Origin: an uncultured Chloroflexia bacterium
GTDB lineage: Bacteria > Chloroflexota > Limnocylindria > Limnocylindrales > CSP1-4
Assembly (NCBI GenBank): GCA_963789905.1
Contig: CAWBMK010000001.1
Span: 1,218,769-1,282,768 of the forward strand
Reading direction: 5' to 3'
DNA length: 64,000 nucleotides
Shown: piece after piece, positions 37,648-46,417 of the stretch
Numbering within the stretch: the first letter of the stretch is position 1
Layout: every line of letters starts with the position of its first letter
The notes under the pieces: generated by a model
What the model was told of the DNA's origin: nothing
Databases searched by the model: none
The model's input: the letters and a program-made list of their open reading frames with translations, nothing else
Translations under genes and position numbers: made by a program

Positions 37648-39042
37648 TCAGGTCTCGGTCCTGACCTCCAGCCGACCGGCACGGATGGCCGCGATCATGG
37701 CCTGGTGATCGCTCACCGTCTGGTCGGCATATGCCGCGGCGAAGCCAGTGATCGCGTCCTCGAAGGCGGTGCCCCCGCCGAGGTAGCCGGTCAGCGCCAC
37801 CGCGTCGGAGGATCTGGCATGGGCTCGGGCGAGCGCCCATCCGCACGTCCGCGCGTAACCGACGAGGTTCTGCGGGGTCATCGTCTCGACTACGGGCTTG
37901 ATCTTCGCGTCGCGCAGCTGGCGAACGTAGAAGTGGCCGCCTTCGAGCCCGGTGAACCAGCCGAGGAAGATGTCGCTGGCCGACTGCATGAGTCGCTGGC
38001 CGACGACGACACGCTCGCCGTGATGATTGAAGGGCGCCTTGCCCGCGTGCGGCTCGAGCACAGACGCGCGGGCCTCCTTGAACTGGAGGAAGAGCGGATC
38101 GCCGTTGCCGGCGATGAACAGGGCGATCCCGCAGAACGTCCCGACGCTTCCCACACCGACGACCTTGATCGCGGCGTCGACCATCTTGAACCGCTCGACC
38201 AGGACGCGCCGCTCGGGCGGCAGCGTCGCGACGTAGCGGGCGAGGCTCTTTTCGGCGTTCCGGCGGAAGCGCACGTCGGTGATGTCGGTGTGGAAGATGA
38301 GGGGCGGATCGTCCATGATCCTGGGGTGCTCGCCGTGCTGATAGGCGAGGCGAGTGAACTCCTTTTCGTGTGCGCTCTGCTCGGTCGCAACCTTGATCCG
38401 CCGCCGGTAGTACGCGACCAGCTGCGGATCCTGTGCCTCATCGAGCAGGGCTTCGAGATCGAGGAACGAATACCAGGCGTCGAGGATCGGCATATCCGCA
38501 TAGGCCGCCATCCGACTGCGGTATGACCACGCGGCCGCTCGGGCCGCCTCCAACGCCACGGCGTTGTCGAACTCGTTTTCCCTGGCGGCGAGGACGAAGC
38601 TCGTGGCGAGGCGCTTGACATCCCACTCCCACGGTGCGATCGATGTCTCATCGAAATCATTGATGTCGAAGACGATCCGACGCTCCGGCGAGGCGAATCC
38701 ACCGAAGTTCAAGAGGTGGGCGTCGCCGCACGCCTGGAGGACGATGCCCGTCGTCGGCGTCCCGGCCAGATCGTTAGCCATGATCGCGGCCGCGCCGCGA
38801 TAGAACGCAAACGGCGACGCCAGCATCCGGCCGTGACGGATTGGGATGAGGCTGGGATCGCGGCCCTCGTTCGAGGCGATCAGGATCTCGATCGGGTCGG
38901 GTCGATCGGTCGGTGGCTCGTACGTCGCCTGGGCGCTGCGGGGACAGCGCTGCCGGAGAGCTTTGCCGTCGGCCTCACGTTCGGGGACTGGCCGGGCATG
39001 GAGCGGCGGCATCGCGGCCGTGGCGCTTCGCTTGCGGCTCAT
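37648..39042 (-). CDS. DUF2252 domain-containing protein
   Basis: ORF 37648..39042. Long conserved block (LQACGDAHLLNFGGFASPERRIVFDINDFDETSIAPWEWDVKRLATS...) typical of DUF2252. Confidence 0.7.
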   Translation of the reverse strand: MSRKRSATAAMPPLHARPVPEREADGKALRQRCPRSAQATYEPPTDRPDPIEILIASNEGRDPSLIPIRHGRMLASPFAFYRGAAAIMANDLAGTPTTGIVLQACGDAHLLNFGGFASPERRIVFDINDFDETSIAPWEWDVKRLATSFVLAARENEFDNAVALEAARAAAWSYRSRMAAYADMPILDAWYSFLDLEALLDEAQDPQLVAYYRRRIKVATEQSAHEKEFTRLAYQHGEHPRIMDDPPLIFHTDITDVRFRRNAEKSLARYVATLPPERRVLVERFKMVDAAIKVVGVGSVGTFCGIALFIAGNGDPLFLQFKEARASVLEPHAGKAPFNHHGERVVVGQRLMQSASDIFLGWFTGLEGGHFYVRQLRDAKIKPVVETMTPQNLVGYARTCGWALARAHARSSDAVALTGYLGGGTAFEDAITGFAAAYADQTVSDHQAMIAAIRAGRLEVRTET

Positions 39043-39084
39043 GGTCGAACAGTGTGGGACGTCCGTGGCCCAGAATCCAAGCCC

Positions 39085-40473
39085 ATGGACTCGCAGATGT
39101 GTCGACTATCCGCAACGGAGCTGGCCGCCCGCCTTCGGGCACGAGAGATCGGTGCCCTCGAGCTCGTGGACGCGTCGATCGAGCGGATCGAACGGCTCGA
39201 CCCACTCATCAACGCCATCCCTACGAGGACATTCGAACGGGCCCGGGCCGAAGCCGCGGCCGCCGATGCCGCGATGTCCAGGGGCGAGAGCCTGGGGCCC
39301 CTTCACGGCCTCCCTATCGCCTTCAAGGACCTCCAGGAGACGGCCGGTATCCGCACGACCAAGGGGTCGCCGCTCCTGGCCGACTGGATCCCCGACGCCG
39401 ACTCGGTCACCGTCGCCTCGTTGCGGGCGGCCGGGGCGATCTGCGTGGGCAAGTCGAACGTCCCCGAGTTCGGCGCCGGCTCGCAGACGTACAACCCGGT
39501 CTTCGGGCCGACGCGCAATCCGTACGATCCCTCGCGCACGCCGGGCGGGTCGTCAGGCGGCTCGGCGGCTGCCCTGGCGACGGGCATGATCGCCATCGCC
39601 GACGGGTCCGACTACGGCGGGTCCCTTCGCAATCCGGCGTCGTTCTGCAACGTCGTCGGCTTTCGACCGTCGCTCGGGCTGGTCCCCCAGGACCCGTCGG
39701 CGGGACGGGCGCCCGGGCTGTCGGTGGTCGGACCGCTCGGTCGGACGGTCGCCGATGTCGCCCTGGTCCTCGGGGCGATGATCGGTCGCAGCGTCGATTC
39801 AACGCCGCCGGGCGACGCTGAGCTGCGGAGGACGCGGGTCGCCCTCGCGCCGGCCTTCGCGGGCCTCCCGTTCGATCCTTCGGTTCGGCAGGCATTCGCA
39901 GAAGTCCCGGCTGTGGTCGAGGCGATGGGCTGCCAGGCGGACGAGGCCGAGCCACCGATGGAGGGAGCCGACGAGGCGTTCATGGCGACCCGGCATGCCT
40001 CGTTCGGCGACGAGATCCGGGCCATCGCAGGAGACGAACCTGAGTGTCTGGCGCTCATCAAGCCCGAGGTGCGCTGGCACGTCGAGGAGAGCCGCCGGAT
40101 CGGGCCGGTCGAGCTCGAGGCCGCCGAGAGGGCACGAGCGCGGATCTGCGACGCCTTCGAATCGTTCATGCGCGGCTTCGACATCCTCGTCCTGCCAGTC
40201 TCGCAGGTCCTGCCGTTCGCGGTCGAGGAGACATGGCCCCGCGAGATCGATGGCACCGCGATGCCCACCTACCTCGACTGGATGCGATCGTGCTGGTACA
40301 TCTCGCTGACAGGGGCACCGGCCGCGTCGGTGCCCGCGGCGTTCGTCGCTGGGCTCCCTGTCGGCGTCCAGATCGTCGGCCGGCCCGGAGGCGATCGCAC
40401 CGTCCTGCGGTTCGCTGCGGCATTCGAGGCAGCCAGCGGAGAGCTCTGGCGGCGCGATCCACCCAGCCGCTAG
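39085..40473 (+). CDS. amidase (amidase-signature family)
   Basis: ATG 39085 within ORF 38716..40473. Signature GGSSGGSAAALATGM, Lys (FKDLQETAGIRTTKGS) and Ser-cisSer-Lys triad context. Confidence 0.85.
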   Translation: MDSQMCRLSATELAARLRAREIGALELVDASIERIERLDPLINAIPTRTFERARAEAAAADAAMSRGESLGPLHGLPIAFKDLQETAGIRTTKGSPLLADWIPDADSVTVASLRAAGAICVGKSNVPEFGAGSQTYNPVFGPTRNPYDPSRTPGGSSGGSAAALATGMIAIADGSDYGGSLRNPASFCNVVGFRPSLGLVPQDPSAGRAPGLSVVGPLGRTVADVALVLGAMIGRSVDSTPPGDAELRRTRVALAPAFAGLPFDPSVRQAFAEVPAVVEAMGCQADEAEPPMEGADEAFMATRHASFGDEIRAIAGDEPECLALIKPEVRWHVEESRRIGPVELEAAERARARICDAFESFMRGFDILVLPVSQVLPFAVEETWPREIDGTAMPTYLDWMRSCWYISLTGAPAASVPAAFVAGLPVGVQIVGRPGGDRTVLRFAAAFEAASGELWRRDPPSR

Positions 40474-40532
40474 ACTTCGCGCGGACCGGGCAGCCCAGCT
40501 CCGCCCGACTCCATCATCCAACGCTCAAGGTG

Positions 40533-41693
40533 ATGCCCATGAAGGTCGGCGTCGCCAGGGAGACGGCCGTCGGTGAGCGGCGGGTTGCCCTGGTACCCGA
40601 GGTGCTCGGCAAGCTCCAGGCGGCCGGGCTCGAGGTCCTCGTCGAGACCGGTGCCGGCGGCGGGTCCGCCATCCCGGACGCCGCGTTCGCGGAGGCTGGT
40701 GCGCGGGTGGTTGGGCAAGACGCTCTCTATGGCGAGGCCGATCTCATCCTCCGCGTCCAGAAGCCGGGCTCGGACGAGGTCGCTCGGATGCGGAGCGGGC
40801 AGGCCATCATCGCCTTCCTCCAGCCGCTGATCGATCCGGCGACGGCGAAGGCGCTGGCCGATCGCGGCGTGACCGCGATCAGCCTCGACGCCATCCCTAG
40901 GACGCTGTCTCGGGCGCAGACGATGGACGCCCTCTCGAGCCAGGCGAACGTCGGTGGTTACAAGGCGGTCCTCATCGCGGCCAACGAGTACGGTCGCTAT
41001 TTCCCGCTCCTTACGACCGCTGCCGGGACGGCCAAGCCGGCCAACGTCCTAATCCTCGGCATCGGGGTGGCGGGCCTTCAGGCCATCGGCACCGCCCGTC
41101 GCCTCGGCGCCGTCGTCAAGGCTTACGACGTCCGGCCGGAGACCAAGGAGCAGGCCGAGTCGCTCGGCGCCACGTTCGTGAAGCTCAAGACATCGATCGA
41201 CGCGACAGGTGCGGGCGGTTACGCACGTGAGTTGACGGCGGAGGAGCGGGCTGCCCAGCAGGCCGAGCTCAACGAGGTCATCGGCGGCATGGACGTCGTG
41301 ATCACGACGGCCCAGGTCCCCGGCCGCAAGCCTCCGGTGCTCGTGACCGCGGAGGCGGTCCTCCAGATGAAGCCGGGCTCGGTGATCGTCGACATGGCGG
41401 CCTCGGCCCTCGGCGGCAACTGCGAGCTGTCGCGGGCGGGCGAGACGTTCGCGACGGACAACGGCGTCACCATCATCGCCCCCGAGAACCTGCCGGCGAC
41501 GATGCCCGCCGGCGCATCGGCCTTCTACGCCCGCAATATCTCGGCCCTGCTGCTCGGGATGGTGAAGGACGGCGCGCTCAATCTCGACTTCGACGACGAC
41601 GTGACCAAGGCGACCGTCATCACCCACGGCGGCGCGGTCGTGTCCGAGCCGGTGACCAAGCTCCTCGAACAGAGCGCTGGAGGGAACGCATGA
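40533..41693 (+). CDS. pntAA: NAD(P) transhydrogenase subunit alpha part 1
   Basis: ATG 40533 (MPMKVGVARE) within ORF 40044..41693. Alanine-dehydrogenase/PNT N-terminal and NAD-binding GIGVAGLQAIGTARRLGA. Confidence 0.9.
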   Translation: MPMKVGVARETAVGERRVALVPEVLGKLQAAGLEVLVETGAGGGSAIPDAAFAEAGARVVGQDALYGEADLILRVQKPGSDEVARMRSGQAIIAFLQPLIDPATAKALADRGVTAISLDAIPRTLSRAQTMDALSSQANVGGYKAVLIAANEYGRYFPLLTTAAGTAKPANVLILGIGVAGLQAIGTARRLGAVVKAYDVRPETKEQAESLGATFVKLKTSIDATGAGGYARELTAEERAAQQAELNEVIGGMDVVITTAQVPGRKPPVLVTAEAVLQMKPGSVIVDMAASALGGNCELSRAGETFATDNGVTIIAPENLPATMPAGASAFYARNISALLLGMVKDGALNLDFDDDVTKATVITHGGAVVSEPVTKLLEQSAGGNA

Positions 41694-42016
41694 GCCCCGA
41701 GACGGCCGAGCTCCTGGCCGCGTTCACGATCTTCGTCCTGGCCATCCTTTGCGGGTTCGCGGTCATCAGCAAGGTTCCGGCGACTCTCCACACGCCGTTG
41801 ATGTCGGGCGCCAACTCGATCCACGGCATCGTCCTCGTCGGAGCGATGATCATCGCCGCCGAGGCGAACGATCCGATCAGCCAGGCCCTCTCCCTCATCG
41901 CGGTCGCCTTCTCGACGATGAACGTCGTCGGCGGCTATGTCGTCACCGACCGGATGCTCCAGATGTTCAAGAAGAAGCCGGCGGCTCCGAAGGCGACAGA
42001 GCAGGCGGAGACGTAG
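41690..42016 (+). CDS. pntAB: NAD(P) transhydrogenase subunit alpha part 2 (membrane)
   Basis: ORF 41690..42016, ATGA overlap with pntAA. Three TM helices. MSGANSIHGIVLVGAMI motif. Confidence 0.9.
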   Translation: MSPETAELLAAFTIFVLAILCGFAVISKVPATLHTPLMSGANSIHGIVLVGAMIIAAEANDPISQALSLIAVAFSTMNVVGGYVVTDRMLQMFKKKPAAPKATEQAET

Positions 42017-42017
42017 G

Positions 42018-43457
42018 GTGGATACGGCAACGGTCAGCGGCACGATCGAAGTCCTCGTCCGCCTCGGCTGGCTGACCGGCGCGGTCGCCTTCGTGCTGGG
42101 CCTGATCCGGATGAACTCGCCGGCCACGGCCCGCAACGGCAATCTTGTCTCGGCGGGCGGCATGGTCGTCGCCGTCGGCTCGACGGCCGTCCTCCTGCTG
42201 ATGGAGCAGCTCACGGGCGACGGGATCGCCCCTGTCGGCTGGGCCATCATCATCGTCGGGGTCGCGATCGGCGGCGGTCTTGGCCTGTACACCGCCCGGA
42301 CCGTGAAGATGACGGCGATGCCGCAGCTGGTCTCGCTGTTCAACGCGGTCGGCGGCGGCGCGGCCGCCCTCATCGCGATCGATGACTACCTCGGGCTGGT
42401 GGACCTCGGAGCCACCGTCCGGCTGGACACGAACATCTTCATCGTCCTCGACATCATCATCGGCTCCATCACCTTCACCGGCTCGCTCATCGCGTCCGGG
42501 AAGCTCCAGGGGCTCATCAGCGGCAAGCCGATCCTCATCCCGGGTGGGCGGATCGTGACCGCCGTCCTGGCCCTGGCCACGGTGGCCGCGGCGCTCTACC
42601 TGTTCGCCACGGGTCAGCCGAACCTCGCCGTCATGGTCGTCATCCTGGCCGCCGCCCTCATCTTCGGCGTGACGATGGTCCTGCCGATCGGCGGGGCCGA
42701 CATGCCCGTCGTCATCTCGCTCCTCAACTCGTTCACGGGCACGGCCGTGGCCATGGCCGGCTTCGTGATCGACAACCCGGTCCTCATCATCGCCGGCGCC
42801 CTCGTCGGCGCGTCGGGCGCGATCCTCACCAAGCTCATGGCAGACGCCATGAACCGGTCGGTCATCAACATCATGATCGGCGGCTTCGGCGGTGGCGAAG
42901 GGACGATCGCCATTGCCGGTGAAGGCGGCAGCGTGCGAGAGATCAATGCCGACGATGCTGCGATCCAGCTGGCATACGCGTCATCGGTCATCGTCGTGCC
43001 GGGCTACGGGCTCGCCGTCGCCCAGGCGCAACACGCGGTCCGGGAGCTGGCGGAACTGCTCGAGTCTCGCGGCGTCGACGTGAAGTACGCGATCCACCCG
43101 GTCGCCGGTCGCATGCCGGGCCACATGAATGTCCTGCTCGCCGAGGCGAACGTCCCCTATCCCCAGCTCAAGGAGATGGACGACATCAACCCGGAGTTCG
43201 AGCGGTGCGATGTGGCTCTCGTGGTCGGCGCCAACGACGTCACGAACCCTGCCGCCCGGCGACCGGGCTCGCCCGTCTCGGGGATGCCCATCCTCGATGT
43301 CGACAAGGCGAAGTCGATCGTCGTCATCAAACGCTCGATGGGCCGCGGCTACGCCGGGATCGACAACGAGCTGTATACGAACCCCAAGACGGGGATGCTG
43401 TTCGCCGACGCCAAGGACGGCCTGGCTTCGCTCACCGCGGCCGTAAAGGCGCTCTAG
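42018..43457 (+). CDS. pntB: NAD(P) transhydrogenase subunit beta
   Basis: GTG 42018 within ORF 41937..43457, 1 nt after pntAB stop. TM domain then NADP(H)-binding dIII (VVPGYGLAVAQAQHAV...AIHPVAGRMPGHMNVLLAEA...). Confidence 0.9.
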   Translation: MDTATVSGTIEVLVRLGWLTGAVAFVLGLIRMNSPATARNGNLVSAGGMVVAVGSTAVLLLMEQLTGDGIAPVGWAIIIVGVAIGGGLGLYTARTVKMTAMPQLVSLFNAVGGGAAALIAIDDYLGLVDLGATVRLDTNIFIVLDIIIGSITFTGSLIASGKLQGLISGKPILIPGGRIVTAVLALATVAAALYLFATGQPNLAVMVVILAAALIFGVTMVLPIGGADMPVVISLLNSFTGTAVAMAGFVIDNPVLIIAGALVGASGAILTKLMADAMNRSVINIMIGGFGGGEGTIAIAGEGGSVREINADDAAIQLAYASSVIVVPGYGLAVAQAQHAVRELAELLESRGVDVKYAIHPVAGRMPGHMNVLLAEANVPYPQLKEMDDINPEFERCDVALVVGANDVTNPAARRPGSPVSGMPILDVDKAKSIVVIKRSMGRGYAGIDNELYTNPKTGMLFADAKDGLASLTAAVKAL

Positions 43458-43469
43458 GTCTGCCTCAAT

Positions 43470-43946
43470 CTAGCCGCCCACGCCGTAGGTCACGCTGACG
43501 ACGCTGCCTTGTCCGTCGGAGTTCGGGGCCACGATGACGAGCCCGCCCTTGTCCCCCTCGCCGAAGATCCAGGAGAACCCCCCGGCCGCCTCAGTCTTGA
43601 AGATCTGGTCGGCGGGGACGCCGAGTGAGGCGATCGCGGCGTCGTAGAACGACTTCAGCTCGTCGATCGAGGCGGTGCTCGTGAACGCGGTCACCCCGCC
43701 CTGCGAGCTGGAGAACCCGCCCGTGTAGGTCGAATTGGGCGGGATCAGCTTGTCCTCGAACCCCTCGGGGACGCTGCCGCCTCCGAGATCGATCGAGACG
43801 CTTGGATTGGGCTCACTGCTGGCGTCGCCGGTCGAGGCAGCCGCGCTGGGCTCACTGCTGGCGCCACCGGACGATGCGCCGGGCGACGCCGCGCCGCCAC
43901 AGGCGGCAAGAAGAAGTGAGGCACAGGCAACGAGCGCGAGCGCCAT
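43470..43946 (-). CDS. lipoprotein, function unknown
   Basis: ORF 43470..43991; start at MALALVACASLLLAACGG (lipobox). Gly/Ser-rich linker then small globular domain. Confidence 0.55.
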   Translation of the reverse strand: MALALVACASLLLAACGGAASPGASSGGASSEPSAAASTGDASSEPNPSVSIDLGGGSVPEGFEDKLIPPNSTYTGGFSSSQGGVTAFTSTASIDELKSFYDAAIASLGVPADQIFKTEAAGGFSWIFGEGDKGGLVIVAPNSDGQGSVVSVTYGVGG

Positions 43947-44072
43947 CAGGGATCGTCGTTGATCGATCACGGGGAGTCCTCCGAGTAGCATCGGTTTGGG
44001 CGGATGCTGGCGGCCAGCCTAGCATGCGACCCCTCGACGAGCCCTCGGCGAGGCGCGCGACACCCGCCGCTG

Positions 44073-45098
44073 TCAGCTGACCTGACGCTCCAGGAGCCGG
44101 AATACGACCCATAGGATGACCGGCAGGACAAGGGCGGTCGTGAAGCCTCGGAGAGTCTCGGGCTGCCACGGCCAGGTGGGCGTGCGAGCGACGACATCGC
44201 GTTGGGTGATGAGGCTCGAAAGGTGCTTATTGAACGCATCAGCGTCGGTCAGGTCGCCGGCGTCAGCCTTGCGATCGAGATCCTCAAGGGCGCGGTTCAG
44301 CCGTTTGTTCACGGCGGCAAGCCGACGTGCCTTCTCGGCCACGATCCTCACATGCGTGCCCCACAGCGGAACGACGAAGCACGAGGTGGCCAGGAGGACC
44401 GTGAACCCGAGCAGCACGAAGAGAGCCGGGTTCGCGAACGTCGCGGGGTCGGTCAGGACGGAGACATAGACGATCGAGATCAGGAGGATCCCGGTTGCCG
44501 CCGTCACGCCGGAAAACGCGTGCAACGGATCCAGATGGAGGAGATCAACGGTTTCGACATAGCCATGGACGCGCCCGACCAGGCGCAGCTGATGGATCGA
44601 GTGATAGCCGAGGAGACCGGTCCCGATGAATGAGACGAGGCTAATCGCGATCGTCACCGTGAGGGTGACCGGTTCGCGCGTGAAGTCGACGGCCGTGGCC
44701 GGGAAGGCAAAGTAGAGGATGCATGCGACGACCGCCCCAAGGGTCCAGACCAAGGTCGTCGTCGCCGGCATGGTCGTGAGCTGGTACGAGAGCGCGCGGG
44801 CCGACTCGTCGTCGATCGAGAGTGCGGGTCGGAACGTCGACCAGGCTCGCGCTGCCGCATGATCGAGGTAGTGGATCCCGGCGTATCCGACCACGACGTA
44901 GATCGCGAGTGAGGTCTGATAGCTGTCAAAGGCCCCGACGTCCAGGCCCCCGTCAACCCAGGCAGCGGCGTTCGCGACCACCGCCACGGCCACGAAGAGA
45001 ACCGCATAGACGACCCAGGGCGGCACGCCCGAGCTGTCGATTCGATCGATGAGACGGTCGACCCAGCTCGGCGCGTAGGGCACCGCAGGCGCGTTCAT
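44073..45098 (-). CDS. polytopic membrane protein, function unknown
   Basis: ORF 44073..45098. Start overlaps AlaX-like stop (ATGA). About 8 predicted TM helices. Confidence 0.55.
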   Translation of the reverse strand: MNAPAVPYAPSWVDRLIDRIDSSGVPPWVVYAVLFVAVAVVANAAAWVDGGLDVGAFDSYQTSLAIYVVVGYAGIHYLDHAAARAWSTFRPALSIDDESARALSYQLTTMPATTTLVWTLGAVVACILYFAFPATAVDFTREPVTLTVTIAISLVSFIGTGLLGYHSIHQLRLVGRVHGYVETVDLLHLDPLHAFSGVTAATGILLISIVYVSVLTDPATFANPALFVLLGFTVLLATSCFVVPLWGTHVRIVAEKARRLAAVNKRLNRALEDLDRKADAGDLTDADAFNKHLSSLITQRDVVARTPTWPWQPETLRGFTTALVLPVILWVVFRLLERQVS

Positions 45099-45868
45099 GG
45101 ACCTTGGCTACCGATTGACGGGTCGGAGGGCTCGACCAGCGCGATCCGGATGCGCTTGTTGATGCGCCCCTTCGATTCATAGCCGGTGACCCGGATCGTG
45201 CCGACCTCGCGAGTGTTGGCGACGTGGGTCCCGCCGTCGGCCTGGAGGTCGAGGCCGACTATCTCGATGGTCCGGATCGCCTTGATGCCTTCGGGCAGCA
45301 GGTTGACCTTCGTCCGGATTAGGTCGGGGATGGCGAGCGCCTCGGCGCGCGGAAGGGAGTCGACGCGGACCTCCCGTCCCGACAGGAGCTCAACGTTGAC
45401 CTTCGCTTCGATCTCGTCGACGAGGTCACCACTCATCCGTTCGAACTCGAAGTCCATCCGACCGCTGCCCGGCTCCATATTGCCGCCCGTCACGAGGGCA
45501 CCGTAGTCGCGCCACACGACCCCGCACAGGGCATGGAGCGCCGTGTGAGTCCGCATGAGCAGAAGGCGTCGGGCCCAATCGAGCTCCGCCATCACCAGGT
45601 CACCGACGGACGGTGCCTCGGCGGCCCGGTCGATATCGAGCTCGTGAACCAGGTCCGAGCCGATCCGTCGCGCCGACCTGACCGTCCATCGCCGTCCATC
45701 GGCGGTTCGCAGCAGCGTCCCCCGATCGGCTGGTTGTCCACCACCACCCGGGTAGAAGATCGTGGAGTCGAGGACAACCAGAGGGGCGTCGTCAACGGAG
45801 TCGACCGTCAAGACGCGGGCTTCGATCGCCCGGGCGTAAGCGTCGGCGTAACAGATCAATTCAGCCAC
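45095..45868 (-). CDS. alanyl-tRNA editing protein (AlaX-M-like; AlaRS second additional domain)
   Basis: ORF 45095..45868. Zn motif HxxxH (MRTHTALHAL) and DGGTHV. Confidence 0.8.
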   Translation of the reverse strand: MAELICYADAYARAIEARVLTVDSVDDAPLVVLDSTIFYPGGGGQPADRGTLLRTADGRRWTVRSARRIGSDLVHELDIDRAAEAPSVGDLVMAELDWARRLLLMRTHTALHALCGVVWRDYGALVTGGNMEPGSGRMDFEFERMSGDLVDEIEAKVNVELLSGREVRVDSLPRAEALAIPDLIRTKVNLLPEGIKAIRTIEIVGLDLQADGGTHVANTREVGTIRVTGYESKGRINKRIRIALVEPSDPSIGSQGP

Positions 45869-46014
45869 CTACGAAACTCTATCCGACCCACGTTGAGTCG
45901 CAGCTAACCAGTCAGTGGTAGGGTTCCAATCGGTGCCTGAGAGCACCAACGTAAACGGGGCGCACGGCCGGGATCACGAGCGCCCGCTCACGGTCACGGT
46001 TCGAGGAGGCCCCG

Positions 46015-46113
46015 ATGTCACACCGGCTCACTCAGGTCAGGCAGATCGTTGTTGCGATCCTGCCGCTTGCCGTCATGGTTCTGGCCGCGATCGCTCAGAG
46101 GCGGTGGGCCTAG
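46015..46113 (+). CDS. 32-aa hydrophobic mini-protein (copy 1 of tandem pair)
   Basis: Not in ORF track (<60 aa). ATG 46015 preceded by GAGGAGG at optimal spacing. MSHRLTQVRQIVVAILPLAVMVLAAIAQRRWA: single TM, basic N-terminus, QRRW tail. Confidence 0.45.
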   Translation: MSHRLTQVRQIVVAILPLAVMVLAAIAQRRWA

Positions 46114-46251
46114 AGTCGGCGGCGTGTCGTCCTAGGTTCCGACCGGTACCTTTGGGGGGGTGGTAGCCGGGCGCGCCTGGCAATACGGTGACTTTCCCCC
46201 CGGACCGCGCGGGGAATCTGTCGACGCACCGTCATTGCAGGAGTGCCCGAG

Positions 46252-46350
46252 ATGAAGCACAAGATCGCTCGGATCTGGCGGACCGCGGTCGCTCTGGCGC
46301 CGCTTGCCGCCTTCGCCCTCGCGCTGATCGCACAGAAGCGCTGGTTCTAA
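46252..46350 (+). CDS. 32-aa hydrophobic mini-protein (copy 2 of tandem pair)
   Basis: ATG 46252 preceded by GGAG. MKHKIARIWRTAVALAPLAAFALALIAQKRWF. Same architecture as 46015..46113 (about 45% identity). Confidence 0.45.
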   Translation: MKHKIARIWRTAVALAPLAAFALALIAQKRWF

Positions 46351-46417
46351 GACCAGAACTTCCGAGGAAAACCAGGGACCCGGGCCGAAGGGCTCGGGTC
46401 TCTTGATTCCCCGGGCC

